Below are positions 48,404 through 60,186 of a DNA stretch of 64,000 nt, in pieces. Location: contig JAUSCZ010000014.1 of assembly GCA_030674475.1 (NCBI GenBank), positions 13,938 through 77,937 on the forward strand. The letters are read 5' to 3'. A program made the position numbers and the translations under genes. This stretch comes from Candidatus Omnitrophota bacterium (GTDB taxonomy: Bacteria; Omnitrophota; Gorgyraeia; Gygaellales; UBA12090). How positions within the stretch are numbered: position 1 is the first letter of the stretch; every line of letters begins with the position of its first letter. The notes beneath the pieces are model-generated. The model searched no databases and was not told the origin of the DNA. It saw nothing but the letters and a program-made list of their open reading frames with translations.

Positions 48404-49642
48404 ATGAAACAACCGAAGATTTATATTCTGGATGTAACCAATCGCGACGGGGTGCAGACCTCGCGGATATGTCTTTCCAAGTTAGAAAAGACAATGATTA
48501 ATGTGTACTTGAATCAAATGGGAGCGGCTCAATCCGAGTTCGGCTTTCCGGTTACCCGTCATGAAACCAATTACCTGAATGCCAATCTGGAGCTGGCTGA
48601 AGAAGGGTTTTTGTCTCCGATAATCTTGAGCGGCTGGATGCGGGCAACTAAGGAGGATGTAAAGGAGAGCTTTAAGCTTGTTCCCAGGTTAAAGTATGTC
48701 AATCTTTCCATATCAACATCCGACCAGATGATTGTGCATAAGTTTAAAGGAAAGTTAGACCATGCTTCCGTAATCAAGGAGATGATTGAGGCGGTGAAGT
48801 TGGCCAGGAAGCATGGCGCTGAAATTATCGGGGTAAACGCCGAGGATGCCTCCCGAACCCGGATGGATTATTTAATTGAGTTTGCCCTGGCGGCTAAAGA
48901 TGCCGGGGCCGACCGTATTCGCTATTGCGATACCTTAGGCTGTGACAGTCCGTTTACTATGTATGATAGAATAAGGCTTTTAGCCGACGCGGTAAAATTA
49001 CCCATTGAAATTCATTGTCATAATGATTTAGGAATGGTAGTGGCCAATTCCGTCTCCGGAGCCAAGGCCGCTCTTGATGCCGGGGTGGATGCCTATATTA
49101 ATACCTGCGTTAACGGTATGGGCGAGCGGGCCGGGAACGCGGATTTAGTCAGCGTAATCCTGGCCTTAAAATACGCCGGCGGCTTTGAGGGGAAGTATGT
49201 CCTGGATGAAAGGATGAATCTAAAGGAGGCCTGGAAGATATGCAAATATGCCTCTTACGCCTTTGGCGTGCCTATCCCCATAAATCAGCCTGGGATCGGC
49301 TCAAACGCCTTTGCCCATGAATCCGGTATCCATGCTGACGGAGCCCTTAAGGACAGAAAAAACTATGAGCTTTATGATTTTGAAGAGCTGGGCCGGGGCG
49401 AGCCGGAGATTATTGAAACGGGGCGAAAAATTACCGCCGGGGAGTATTCCGGGATCAAGGGTTTTCGTAACGTCTACGAGAAGCTGGAGGTGGAATTTAA
49501 GGATGATGCCCAGGCCACCGAGATCCTGGAGCTGGTGCGTTATGCCAATGTGCACAATCAAAAGCCGCTGGTGGATGATGAGTTGAAATTTATCGCTCAA
49601 CATCCCAAAATAGCCAGGAAGATATTCACGATGATACCGTAG
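48404..49642 (+). CDS. DRE-TIM acetyl-CoA condensing enzyme (homocitrate-synthase-like, probably Re-citrate synthase)
   Basis: DVTNRDGVQ, AEDASR, HCHNDLG, GERAGN and HESGIH motifs; no regulatory domain. Confidence 0.8.
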   Translation: MKQPKIYILDVTNRDGVQTSRICLSKLEKTMINVYLNQMGAAQSEFGFPVTRHETNYLNANLELAEEGFLSPIILSGWMRATKEDVKESFKLVPRLKYVNLSISTSDQMIVHKFKGKLDHASVIKEMIEAVKLARKHGAEIIGVNAEDASRTRMDYLIEFALAAKDAGADRIRYCDTLGCDSPFTMYDRIRLLADAVKLPIEIHCHNDLGMVVANSVSGAKAALDAGVDAYINTCVNGMGERAGNADLVSVILALKYAGGFEGKYVLDERMNLKEAWKICKYASYAFGVPIPINQPGIGSNAFAHESGIHADGALKDRKNYELYDFEELGRGEPEIIETGRKITAGEYSGIKGFRNVYEKLEVEFKDDAQATEILELVRYANVHNQKPLVDDELKFIAQHPKIARKIFTMIP

Positions 49643-49679
49643 TGCGCTGTTAATTTGATTTTTAATAAGACAGCGCACA

Positions 49680-49751
49680 GAGCAATTGAGCAATAGACAA
49701 TAGAACAATAGACAAACAAAAGCTCAATTGCGGTCTAATGCTCTATTGTTC
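49680..49751. repeat. Inverted short-unit array (GAGCAAT/GACAATA then CTATTGT)
   Basis: Seen directly. Confidence 0.7.
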
Positions 49752-49766
49752 AAAAACTAATTTTAA

Positions 49767-51038
<1,272 letters not shown>

Positions 51039-51084
51039 TGGCTTATAGCTAATGGCTTTTCACTATAAGCCATAAGCCATAAGC
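51039..51084. repeat. Inverted heptamer array (TGGCTTA then ATAAGCC x3)
   Basis: Seen directly. Confidence 0.75.
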
Positions 51085-51103
51085 AAAGAGGGGGGTTTAG
51101 AAG

Positions 51104-53200
51104 ATGAATTTATTCTGGCTGGCGCCTTTAGGTTCGTGTTTGGCTTTGGGTTTTGTGGTGTATCTGATTTTTGTGGTGATTTTGCCTAAAGACCCCGGTA
51201 CGGATAAAATGCAGGAGATTGCCCGCTATGTCTCCGAGGGGGCTTATGCCTATTTGAAAAGGCAGTATTCAATAGTGGGGATATTTTTCGCGGTAGTTTT
51301 TTGTATACTTTTGTGGATGGTTCACCAGGGGTATTTGGTTATTTTTGTGCCTTTTGCTTTTTTAAGCGGCGGGTTTTTCTCCGGCCTTTCCGGATTTATC
51401 GGGATGACTATCGCCACTAAGGCCTCCAATCGCACTACCTCAGCCGCCCGGATCAGCTTGAATTCGGCCTTGAGGGTAGCCTTCTCCGCCGGAAGCGTGA
51501 TGGGTTTTACCGTGGTGGGTTTGGGGTTATTAGACTTAGTCATCTGGTATGGTATTTTAGATTGGTATTACGCTACTCATCCTATTGTTATAGGGATGGA
51601 TAAAATTTCCGCCATTACTTCAACTATGCTTTGTTTTGGAATGGGGGCATCCAGCCAGGCCCTTTTTGCCCGGGTAGGGGGAGGAATATTCACTAAGGCC
51701 GCGGATGTGGGGGCCGATCTTGTGGGTAAGGTTGAGGCCGGCATTCCGGAGGATGATCCCAGAAACCCGGCGGTAATTGCCGATAATGTCGGGGATAATG
51801 TGGGAGATGTGGCCGGGATGGGGGCGGACCTTTATGAGTCTTATGTGGGCTCAATTGTGGCTACCAGCGCTCTCGGCGTGGCCGCCGGCCTGGGGCTGGC
51901 CGGGGTAATCGTGCCGATGGCTATGGCCGGATTAGGAGTGGTGGCTTCAATAATCGGAACATTCTTTGTTAATACCAAAGAGGATGCCTCCCAGGGAACA
52001 CTGTTAGCTGCCTTAAGGAGAGGGGTGCTGGTCAGCGCGGGCATCATTGTGGTTACTTCGTTTTTTCTGGTGAAGTGGACCCTGGGCAGCCATAATTTAG
52101 GGTTTTACTGGTCAATTATTTTTGGGCTTTTGGCCGGGATAATCATTGGCATAGTTACTGAATATTATACCTCATCCGGCTTTAAGCCGACCAAACAGAT
52201 TGCCGAGTCGGCCTTAACCGGACCGGCCACGGTAATTATCAGCGGTATTGCCGTGGGTATGCTTTCTACCCTGGTGCCGGTAATAGTGGTGGGTATAGCC
52301 ATATTGGCTTCTTTTTATGTGTCCGGAGGAGCGGTTAATTTTAATTCCGGATTATACGGGATAGCCATATCCGCCGTGGGTATGCTCTCTACCTTGGGGA
52401 TTACCCTGGCTACCGATGCCTATGGCCCGATAGCCGATAATGCCGGAGGGAATGCCCAGATGTCTGGTCAGCCGCCGGAGGTCAGGGCCAGGACCGATGC
52501 CCTGGATGCCTTGGGTAATACTACTGCCGCTACCGGAAAAGGCTTTGCCATCGGTTCAGCCGCTCTTACCGCCCTGGCCTTGATTGCCGCCTATAAGGAT
52601 CAGGTTTTGATTTTAGGCAAAGATTTAAAGTTGGATTTGATGGATCCTAGGATTTTAGTCGGGCTCTTTATCGGCGGGATGCTTCCTTATTTATTCTGCT
52701 CTTTAACTATGCAGGCAGTAGGCCGGGCCGCGGGTAAGATTGTGGTGGAGGTCAGGAGGCAGTTTAAGGAAATTAAGGGTTTATTTGAGGGCACGGCCAA
52801 GGCCGATTATGTCCGCTGTGTGGGCATAGCCACCTCCGCCGCCCAAAAAGAGATGATTCTGCCTTCATTGCTGGCGGTGTTGGCTCCCATCATTGTGGGT
52901 ATGCTTATCGGACTGGAGGCTGAGGTCGGGCTCCTGGTCGGGGCTCTGGTTTCGGGATTTGTCTTGGCAGTGATGATGGCCAATTCCGGGGGAGCCTGGG
53001 ATAACGCCAAGAAATATATTGAGGAAGGAAATCTCGGGGGCAAAGGCTCCCTGCCGCATAAGGCGGCAGTGGTCGGAGATACCGTGGGCGACCCTTTCAA
53101 AGACACCGCCGGCCCTTCTTTAAATATCCTGATTAAACTGATGTCTATGGTCTCTATAGTCTTTGCCGGTTTTATCCTCAAGAACACCTTGATGAAGTAG
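51104..53200 (+). CDS. hppA: Membrane-integral pyrophosphatase, K+-dependent type, probably Na+-translocating
   Basis: [20 protein letters not shown] and [10 protein letters not shown] motifs; GNTTAA carries Ala at the K+-dependence site. Confidence 0.93.
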   Translation: MNLFWLAPLGSCLALGFVVYLIFVVILPKDPGTDKMQEIARYVSEGAYAYLKRQYSIVGIFFAVVFCILLWMVHQGYLVIFVPFAFLSGGFFSGLSGFIGMTIATKASNRTTSAARISLNSALRVAFSAGSVMGFTVVGLGLLDLVIWYGILDWYYATHPIVIGMDKISAITSTMLCFGMGASSQALFARVGGGIFTKAADVGADLVGKVEAGIPEDDPRNPAVIADNVGDNVGDVAGMGADLYESYVGSIVATSALGVAAGLGLAGVIVPMAMAGLGVVASIIGTFFVNTKEDASQGTLLAALRRGVLVSAGIIVVTSFFLVKWTLGSHNLGFYWSIIFGLLAGIIIGIVTEYYTSSGFKPTKQIAESALTGPATVIISGIAVGMLSTLVPVIVVGIAILASFYVSGGAVNFNSGLYGIAISAVGMLSTLGITLATDAYGPIADNAGGNAQMSGQPPEVRARTDALDALGNTTAATGKGFAIGSAALTALALIAAYKDQVLILGKDLKLDLMDPRILVGLFIGGMLPYLFCSLTMQAVGRAAGKIVVEVRRQFKEIKGLFEGTAKADYVRCVGIATSAAQKEMILPSLLAVLAPIIVGMLIGLEAEVGLLVGALVSGFVLAVMMANSGGAWDNAKKYIEEGNLGGKGSLPHKAAVVGDTVGDPFKDTAGPSLNILIKLMSMVSIVFAGFILKNTLMK

Positions 53201-53220
53201 TTAAAATTAAACAATCATGC

Positions 53221-53300
53221 CCGCCAAAGGCGTGACACCAATGAACATGAAAATAGAGTTTGGGTTATCCGTATTCCGTAGCGGCGCGATTTATCGCGCT
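53221..53300 (+). repeat. Second copy of the about 80-bp composite repeat (see 6652)
   Basis: Sequence similarity to 6652-6731. Confidence 0.75.
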
Positions 53301-53317
53301 GGAGAGGAGATTTTCAG

Positions 53318-54472
53318 GTGAAAGATATTATTGCTAAGAAAGTCCGGGATATGCGGCCATCGGGGATAAGGGCGTTTTTTGACCTGGTGCTGGGGATGAA
53401 GGATGTCATATCCTTAGGAGTGGGCGAACCGGATTTTGCCACTCCCTGGAGCATTCGGGAATCGGCGATATTTTCCCTGGAGCAGGGTTGGACTAGTTAT
53501 ACCTCAAATAAAGGTTTGATGAAGTTAAGGATGGGTATCTCGCGTTTTCTTAAAAACCATCACGGCCTTGCTTATAATCCTGAGGATGAAATTTTAGTAA
53601 CCGTGGGGGTGAGCGAGGCCCTGGATTTGGCGGCGCGCTCAATTTTAAATCCCGGGGATAAGGTTTTGATTCCTGAACCCTGTTATGTTTCTTATGGCCC
53701 GGTATGCGCTTTGGCCGGAGGAGAGCCGGTGTATATCTCAACCGCCAAGTCTAATTTTAAGCTCAGGCCGGCGGATATCGAGAAAAACTGTGATGCTAAA
53801 ACTAAGGCTATAATTTTTAATTATCCGGCCAATCCTACGGGAGTTTCTTATACCAAAAAGGAATTAGAGGAAATCAAAAAGGTAATTCTAAAACATAAAC
53901 TGATTATGATTAGTGATGAGGTGTATGATGAGCTGACCTATGATTTTAAACATACGCCTTTCGCCTCGCTATCCGGAGCAAAAAACAATACCCTTTATCT
54001 GAATGGTTTTTCTAAAAGCTACGCCATGACCGGCTGGCGGGTGGGATATGCCTGTGGCCCTCGCGAGATAATCGCGGCAATGACCAAGATTCATCAGTAT
54101 ACCATTATGTGCGTGTCCACAATTAGTCAGATGGCATCCTGCGAGGCTTTGCAAGGCGCCGGTAAAGCGGTTAGTGAAATGAGGCGGGAATATCAGAGGA
54201 GGAGAGAGCTTGTGGTGGATGGCCTAAACCGGATGGGGCTAAAGTGCCTTAAGCCCCAGGGGGCCTTTTACGCCTTCGCCGGCATAGAAAGTACCGGCTT
54301 AAGCTCAATGGATTTTTGCTCCAGGCTCCTTAAGGAGCAGAAGGTGGCGGTGGTTCCGGGAAATGCCTTTGGAGATTCGGGAGAAGGCTATATCCGTATT
54401 TCCTACGCCTCAAGCTTAGAGAATCTGCGCGAGGCCTTAAGTAGAATGGCTGTGTTCTTAAAGAAGTTATAA
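53318..54472 (+). CDS. Class I/II PLP-dependent aminotransferase
   Basis: GVGEPDF, NPTG, DEVY and SKSYAMTGWRVG motifs. Confidence 0.95.
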   Translation: MKDIIAKKVRDMRPSGIRAFFDLVLGMKDVISLGVGEPDFATPWSIRESAIFSLEQGWTSYTSNKGLMKLRMGISRFLKNHHGLAYNPEDEILVTVGVSEALDLAARSILNPGDKVLIPEPCYVSYGPVCALAGGEPVYISTAKSNFKLRPADIEKNCDAKTKAIIFNYPANPTGVSYTKKELEEIKKVILKHKLIMISDEVYDELTYDFKHTPFASLSGAKNNTLYLNGFSKSYAMTGWRVGYACGPREIIAAMTKIHQYTIMCVSTISQMASCEALQGAGKAVSEMRREYQRRRELVVDGLNRMGLKCLKPQGAFYAFAGIESTGLSSMDFCSRLLKEQKVAVVPGNAFGDSGEGYIRISYASSLENLREALSRMAVFLKKL

Positions 54473-54525
54473 ATCGGAAGTTATAAGTTGGCATTGTTGT
54501 CCAAATTATTGCAGTGTCTACAGCC

Positions 54526-54548
54526 CACAGGCAGGATGCCTGTGCCAC
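54526..54548 (-). repeat. REP-like palindrome GTGGCACAGGCATCCTGCCTGTG
   Basis: GTGG foot followed by a hairpin on the minus strand. Confidence 0.65.
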
Positions 54549-54562
54549 TGGAAAGGGCATAG

Positions 54563-55015
54563 ATGATGTTAGAAGAAAAAATATTGGAAGATTTTAAGAA
54601 GGCGATGAAAGACAAGGACGCGCCAAGGGTTTCCACCTTAAGTTTTCTGAGGTCAGAACTGAAGAATATCGCTATTGAAAAGAGGGCGGCAAAACTTGAG
54701 GATGCCGATGTCCTCGCGGCCATCAAAAAGCAGATAAAACAGCGTCAGGACTCCATTGAGCAGTTTACAGCCGGGGGACGGGTGGATTTGGCGCAGAAAG
54801 AGAGCAAAGAGCTGGAGATTTTAAAATCCTATTTGCCCGAGCAGTTGTCCGAAGGTAAGATAAAAGAGATAATTGATCAGGTGGTGAGCCTGGTCGGCGC
54901 GAAGCAGCCTCAGGATATGGGGAAGGTGATGAAGGAATTATTGCCTAAGTTGGCAGGAGGGGCGGATAATAAATTGGTCAGCGAGCTGGTAAAGCAAAGG
55001 TTAAGCGGGGTTTAA
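54563..55015 (+). CDS. GatB/YqeY domain protein
   Basis: KAMK, KQRQDSIEQF, YLPEQLS and DMGKVM motifs. Confidence 0.95.
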   Translation: MMLEEKILEDFKKAMKDKDAPRVSTLSFLRSELKNIAIEKRAAKLEDADVLAAIKKQIKQRQDSIEQFTAGGRVDLAQKESKELEILKSYLPEQLSEGKIKEIIDQVVSLVGAKQPQDMGKVMKELLPKLAGGADNKLVSELVKQRLSGV

Positions 55016-55016
55016 T

Positions 55017-55316
55017 ATGTCTACAGTCAAAAAGTTGGTTGAGGAGTCGCATAAAATCGCCCGGGAAAAAGGCTGGTGGCAGAACGAAAGGAACGATGCC
55101 GAGTTGATCGCTCTTATGCATTCGGAGCTTTCCGAGGCCTTGGAGGCAATGCGCAATCACGCCAAGACCGAAGAGGTTGCCGAGGAGCTGGCAGACTGCT
55201 GTATCCGGATATTTGATTATTGCGGGGCCCGCGGTATAGACCTGCAGGACGCGATTAAAAAGAAGATAGCGAAAAACCGCGCCCGGCCCTATCGCCACGG
55301 GAATAAGAAATTTTAA
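55017..55316 (+). CDS. MazG-like nucleotide pyrophosphohydrolase
   Basis: ALMHSELSEALE, EELAD and KNRARPYRHG motifs. Confidence 0.88.
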   Translation: MSTVKKLVEESHKIAREKGWWQNERNDAELIALMHSELSEALEAMRNHAKTEEVAEELADCCIRIFDYCGARGIDLQDAIKKKIAKNRARPYRHGNKKF

Positions 55317-55317
55317 A

Positions 55318-55629
55318 ATGTTTATCCACTCTGTTTTGTTTGAAATTGAGCCCGAGGAAATAATGGCCTATCGTAAGGACTGTAAGATGTGGGCCGGTTA
55401 TGCCGGAAAGGCCAAAGGTTTTATCCGTTATATGACCGTAAAACGACTTGACTATAAGAATCAGTTCGCCTCGGTTTATGAATGGAAGACGAAAAGTTTT
55501 CACGATGCCTTTATGAAAAAATACCACGACTGGCTGGTGTCTAAGTCTGAGGCCAAGGTTAAGGTTTTGGGGTATTATAACCTAAAGTCCCAGCAGGAAA
55601 CGCGCGCTGCGCAGGCGAGGCAGGCGTAA
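55318..55629 (+). CDS. Antibiotic biosynthesis monooxygenase-like (dimeric alpha-beta barrel) protein
   Basis: KGFIRY...VYEW...HDAF pattern. Confidence 0.6.
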   Translation: MFIHSVLFEIEPEEIMAYRKDCKMWAGYAGKAKGFIRYMTVKRLDYKNQFASVYEWKTKSFHDAFMKKYHDWLVSKSEAKVKVLGYYNLKSQQETRAAQARQA

Positions 55630-55647
55630 TAAAAAAGGTTATTCTTA

Positions 55648-56478
55648 ATGTCTGACGCAAAATGTCCGGGGCAGAATCCCCAATATTGGAAGCCGGAAGA
55701 TGCCTTTGAGGTTAGCTGTCCTAATTGTAAGGAAATAGTTGAGTTTTTTAAGGATGAGCCCAAGAGGCGATGCCATAACTGTAAGCAAGAGGTAGTTAAT
55801 CCTAAGGTTGACTTTGGCTGCGCCCTTTGGTGCCCTAAGGCAGTTGACTGTATCGGTCAGGAGCGTTATCAACAATTATTGGCCGCGGCCAAGAGTCAGC
55901 CCAAGCCGGATAAATACCGGACTAAAAAAGACCTTCTGCTTTTTGAGATGGAAAAGTATTTCGGAGGTGATGAGCGCCGGATAAACCATGCCAGGAAGGT
56001 TTTGGAGTTTGCTGAGCAACTGCTTGAAAAAGAGCAGGCGGCTTGGGCTATGGGAAGCTCAACCCTGCCTACCGGCCAGGCAGGCACAGCCTGCCGGCCA
56101 GCCGATCCCCTGGTGGTTATTTCCGCGGCCATACTCCATGATATCGGAATACATAAGGCCCAAGAAAAATATAAAAGCAGTGCCGGGAATTACCAGGAGA
56201 TAGAGGGGCCTCCCATTGCCAGGGTTATTATGGAGAAGCTCCAGTTTAAAAAAGAGATAATTGACGAGGTCTGCGAGATTGTTGCCCATCATCATTCTCC
56301 GGGTAAGGTTGATACTCTTAATTTTAAAGTGCTTTATGACGCGGACTGGTTAGTCAATCTCAAGGATGAATTTGATACCAGTAGTAAAGAAAAACTGGCC
56401 AAAACAATTAATAAGGTATTTCTCACCTCTAGCGGGAAAGAATTAGCGAACCAGATTTATAGTAGGGGCGGGTTCTAA
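55648..56478 (+). CDS. HD-domain phosphohydrolase with an N-terminal Cys-rich zinc ribbon and an in-frame repeat insert
   Basis: CPG, CPNC, CHNC and CALWC; RINH, LHDIG, HHH and DAD motifs. Confidence 0.85.
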   Translation: MSDAKCPGQNPQYWKPEDAFEVSCPNCKEIVEFFKDEPKRRCHNCKQEVVNPKVDFGCALWCPKAVDCIGQERYQQLLAAAKSQPKPDKYRTKKDLLLFEMEKYFGGDERRINHARKVLEFAEQLLEKEQAAWAMGSSTLPTGQAGTACRPADPLVVISAAILHDIGIHKAQEKYKSSAGNYQEIEGPPIARVIMEKLQFKKEIIDEVCEIVAHHHSPGKVDTLNFKVLYDADWLVNLKDEFDTSSKEKLAKTINKVFLTSSGKELANQIYSRGGF

Positions 56479-56490
56479 ACCCGCCCCTAC
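56462..56490. repeat. Perfect 29-bp GTAG hairpin that supplies the stop codon of the HD gene
   Basis: GTAGGGGCGGGTT-cta-AACCCGCCCCTAC. Confidence 0.9.
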
Positions 56491-56502
56491 CAAAGAACCA
56501 CG

Positions 56503-58467
56503 ATGAACAAAGAAGAGGCTTTGTGGGATTTTCTGGCCAGCCTTAAAACCTCGCTGAACAATGCCGCGGTTTATTTTAAAGACCATCCTGTTTTCTTGAA
56601 ATCCGCCGAAGACCTGAAAGCAAAAGCGGATTCACTCCTTGTCTTTCTTAGCCCCATAAAAATCGGCATCAGCCCGAATTCGCTCTTCATAGACGGTAAG
56701 AATTGGGAAAAGTCCGGCCTGTCTAAAGAATTAGCCTCATTTTTTCATTTCCGCAAAGTTGAAACAATAGAGATAAAAAGCGGTGTCAGCTTCAAGGAGC
56801 TGATTTTTTTTATTTCCAAGGTTTCTTTGGCTCCGAAAGAGATTCTTAAAGCAGGTGGAATAGAGGCTATTCTGGGAAAAGAAAATATGCCTTTTATCCT
56901 GGCGAAGGGATTGGATTATTCCCGGCTCTTAGGGATTCAGGGAAAGGAATACAAGGATATCTGGACCCATATGTTTCAGGAGGCCGCCGAGAAGGGGACT
57001 CCTCAGGATATATTCGGCTTAGCGGATAACTTTGGTAAGATTATAGAGAAATTTAAGGTCAATGATCTTTTAGAAAACAAGGATTTACGCGAAAACATCC
57101 ATAATTTTCTCAACTATTTAAAGGATGAAGACAGAGATAAATTCAACGCGTGTTCTAAGGAGATGGCCAATTTGATTTTGAGGGATAAGACTATATTTAA
57201 GGTTGATCAGTTGGGGACACTGCGGGTATTTTTTAAAGACTTAAGCGGTAATGAATTTAGTGATATTTTATGGGAAGCGGCGGTTTCGAATAAAGATTTT
57301 GACGCTCTTAGTTTTGAATTGCTATCCTCATTTTTGGATAAAAATCAGCATGAGCGCGCCGCTTCGTCATTGGCCGATAAAATCAAAACCAAAAATTCTC
57401 CGGAGGTTAATCCCCAGGCGGTAAGAAGGCTTAAGGATCTTTTCTTTGCCGCCAAGGATCAAGCGCACACTTACGACCCCTACCGTAAAAACCTGGAATT
57501 CTTATTTAAAAATACTTTTTTTGAAGAGGCCGGTTCTCGCGGCCTCGACTTAGAATCCACGCGCGCGAGTTATCAGTTTCTTATCCTTAATTCGCTTATA
57601 GGGGAAAAGAATAAAACAAAATTAAGCCTGCTTAAAGATTTGGTTAAGGAGGAGTTTGATTCCGTGATAAAAAACAAAGACACGGAGTTTTTAAGGCATT
57701 TTCTGGAAATCTGCGAGAGGAGGAGGAAGGAATCAAGTTTCTCCGGCATATTCGATCCGATAAAGAATGACGCCCTTTCATCTATTGAAAATATTATTTT
57801 TCAAGGCTCGCCTCGCGGGGAATTTGAAGGTTTCTTAAATCTGCTCAACAGAAGTTTTTTGGGCGCGCAGTATTACCTGAATAAAATGTTTAATGAAAAC
57901 AGAATAAGTCCCGGCATTTTGAAAATGTATTTTAAATTCTTTCCGGATACGCGGAATGTTTTCTACGACAATTTAAAGAAAAAGTCCCCCGACGCCGAAT
58001 TCTTAAAGATTCTAATTGATGCTGTCCAGGAAATCCATTCCGCTTTAAGTTTAGAGATATTAAGAAATATTTTTTCCTTCTCGCATAGCTTGATGAAGTT
58101 GGAAATACTTAAGGCGATGCGGGAGCTGCCGGAGCGGGATGAAAATTTCTTATTCTCCGTTCTTAGGGAAGAAAGTGTTTTCTTAAGGAAAGAAGCGCTT
58201 GGAGTTTTAGTATTTAAGGAAGGCCTGGGAAGCGAAGCCGGCCAAAGTAACACGGCGGCTGAAGCCTTAAAATTGCTTCTGGATATGCCGGATTCCTGGG
58301 GAAAGAAGAACAAGGTTTTAGAAGAGAATATTGATATTGTGGTTGAGGAGGGCCTGACCGAGCCGGCGAGGGATTTTCTGCTTGTCTTAAGCAGGAGGGG
58401 ATTCTTCTGGAATAAGAAGGTTAGGGAAAAGGCGAAGGCCGCTTTGGAGAGTTTATTCGGGGGATAG
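56503..58467 (+). CDS. Alpha-helical/HEAT-repeat-like protein, probable partner of the HD-GYP protein
   Basis: N-terminal YFKDHP domain resembles the N-terminus of the next gene; helical C-terminus. Confidence 0.65.
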   Translation: MNKEEALWDFLASLKTSLNNAAVYFKDHPVFLKSAEDLKAKADSLLVFLSPIKIGISPNSLFIDGKNWEKSGLSKELASFFHFRKVETIEIKSGVSFKELIFFISKVSLAPKEILKAGGIEAILGKENMPFILAKGLDYSRLLGIQGKEYKDIWTHMFQEAAEKGTPQDIFGLADNFGKIIEKFKVNDLLENKDLRENIHNFLNYLKDEDRDKFNACSKEMANLILRDKTIFKVDQLGTLRVFFKDLSGNEFSDILWEAAVSNKDFDALSFELLSSFLDKNQHERAASSLADKIKTKNSPEVNPQAVRRLKDLFFAAKDQAHTYDPYRKNLEFLFKNTFFEEAGSRGLDLESTRASYQFLILNSLIGEKNKTKLSLLKDLVKEEFDSVIKNKDTEFLRHFLEICERRRKESSFSGIFDPIKNDALSSIENIIFQGSPRGEFEGFLNLLNRSFLGAQYYLNKMFNENRISPGILKMYFKFFPDTRNVFYDNLKKKSPDAEFLKILIDAVQEIHSALSLEILRNIFSFSHSLMKLEILKAMRELPERDENFLFSVLREESVFLRKEALGVLVFKEGLGSEAGQSNTAAEALKLLLDMPDSWGKKNKVLEENIDIVVEEGLTEPARDFLLVLSRRGFFWNKKVREKAKAALESLFGG

Positions 58468-58522
58468 GCCGGCACATCCTCCGCCTGAATAAGCGGGGCA
58501 GGCTTTCAAGGAAGGGTTAGGC

Positions 58523-59863
58523 ATGGCAGAAGCCATTGAAAATTCATTAAGAAGTTTGATTTCATCTTTGCAGTCAGCCAAGATATACCCTCTAGAACAT
58601 CCTAAGTTTAAGGAGTCTTTGGAGAACGCGCATAACAGTCTGCGGAATCTTCTGGGGGAGAGAAACGAGCTGGTAATCGGAATTATCGGGGAGGAGCTGG
58701 CTTTTGAAAAAGAGATATTCTTTGATTTAAGTAAGTCGGTTAAGCCTTTTATCCAGTATTTAAAGGAAAGAGGGATTGAGAGGATTGCCTTTACCCGCGG
58801 CATTACTAAAGAAGAATTGTCAGCCTTCATCATATTTTTAATAACTCCTAAGGATGAGATCGGCCCCGGCGTCCAGGAGTATTTGTTGAATAAAGGAATA
58901 AAGAATATAGTCATCGGTAAAATAAAGGCCGGGGATAACTCTTTAAGAAAAGAAGCCCTGGATTCGGTAAATTATTTAAGGCAGTATGAAGATTCTTTAA
59001 GCAAGATTTCTGTTTCTTTGGATGCTATTGTAAAAAATGAGGCATTTGATTATCCGCAGTTAAAATATACGCTGGGTAATATGATGGAGAATTTATTCAA
59101 GAGTTATCAGGAATTCCTGAAGCTTGCCGCCTTGAAAAGGCACGATATAGGCACCTTTGTCCATCTTTTGAATACGGCGGTATTGTCTATGTATTTTTCT
59201 TTCCGGCTCGGCTTTAATAAAGACGATGTGTTGAATATCGGCATGGCCGCGTTATTCCATGATATCGGCAAGATTTACGTATCCGGGCAGTTAATCAAAA
59301 GCCCGGATAAGCTTAGCGATGAAGAATTTGAGATGATGAAAAGCCATACCGAGCTGGGCTCGGATATACTTTTAAGGCATACCCGGCAATTAGGAGTCCT
59401 TCCGGCAATAGTCGCCTTTGAGCATCATCTCAGGTATGACCTTAGGGGTTACCCTAAGCTTTATTTCGCCTCCAGGCCGCATATTGCTTCCTTGATTGTT
59501 TCGCTCTGCGATGTCTACGATGCCCTTAACGCCAGAAGAAGCTATAAGAAAAGTTACCCCCCGGAGTTTATTCATAGTCTCATGCTCAAAGAAAAAGGCA
59601 AGATGTTTGAACCTGAACTTTTGGAGAAGCTTTTTATGATAATGGGCGTGTGGCCGGTAGGCACGATTGTTTATTTGACTGATAAAAGCGTGGCCATAGT
59701 CCGGGAAGAGAATGAAGATGATATATTCTCTCCCAAAGTAGAGGTAGTTTTTCCTTTTGATAAAAGCGGGCCCCTGGACTTAAGAATGAAGAAAGAAGAG
59801 TTAAAAATAGAATCCGCCCTTGACGCGCAAGGCGAAGGAAAAAAGTATTATCATCTGGTTTGA
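58523..59863 (+). CDS. HD-GYP domain protein, probable cyclic di-nucleotide phosphodiesterase
   Basis: HDIGK, EHHLRYDLRGYP and DVYDALNARRSYK motifs. Confidence 0.9.
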   Translation: MAEAIENSLRSLISSLQSAKIYPLEHPKFKESLENAHNSLRNLLGERNELVIGIIGEELAFEKEIFFDLSKSVKPFIQYLKERGIERIAFTRGITKEELSAFIIFLITPKDEIGPGVQEYLLNKGIKNIVIGKIKAGDNSLRKEALDSVNYLRQYEDSLSKISVSLDAIVKNEAFDYPQLKYTLGNMMENLFKSYQEFLKLAALKRHDIGTFVHLLNTAVLSMYFSFRLGFNKDDVLNIGMAALFHDIGKIYVSGQLIKSPDKLSDEEFEMMKSHTELGSDILLRHTRQLGVLPAIVAFEHHLRYDLRGYPKLYFASRPHIASLIVSLCDVYDALNARRSYKKSYPPEFIHSLMLKEKGKMFEPELLEKLFMIMGVWPVGTIVYLTDKSVAIVREENEDDIFSPKVEVVFPFDKSGPLDLRMKKEELKIESALDAQGEGKKYYHLV

Positions 59864-59919
59864 CATGAACAAAAAGGGGACAGGCTGATTTTATTCTGAT
59901 TGTTCCCATATAGTAATTT

Positions 59920-60080
59920 GTAGCGGTTGCCGCCTGCCTGCCGGCAGGTAAGGCAACTAGTGGTGAGCGCAGTCGAACCACGATATCATAAGGTCAGTGG
60001 ACACTGACCCCTACACGCTGACCGCTACAGACTGATTCTTGTAGATTGAATGTAGGGAACGGTTTGAAACCGTTCCCTAC
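59920..60080. repeat. Cluster of nested GTAG-REPs carrying the 20-bp (59933-59952) and 24-bp (59957-59980) micro-elements and a 29-bp hairpin (60052-60080)
   Basis: Seen directly. Confidence 0.85.
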
Positions 60081-60186
60081 TGGCGGAGAAAGCGCTTTCT
60101 CGAAAATCGTGTTTTGGCCTTGTTTTTCTATCTTTGTGTGGTATATTTTAATTACACATGATGAATAAACTTATTAAAACAAGGAG

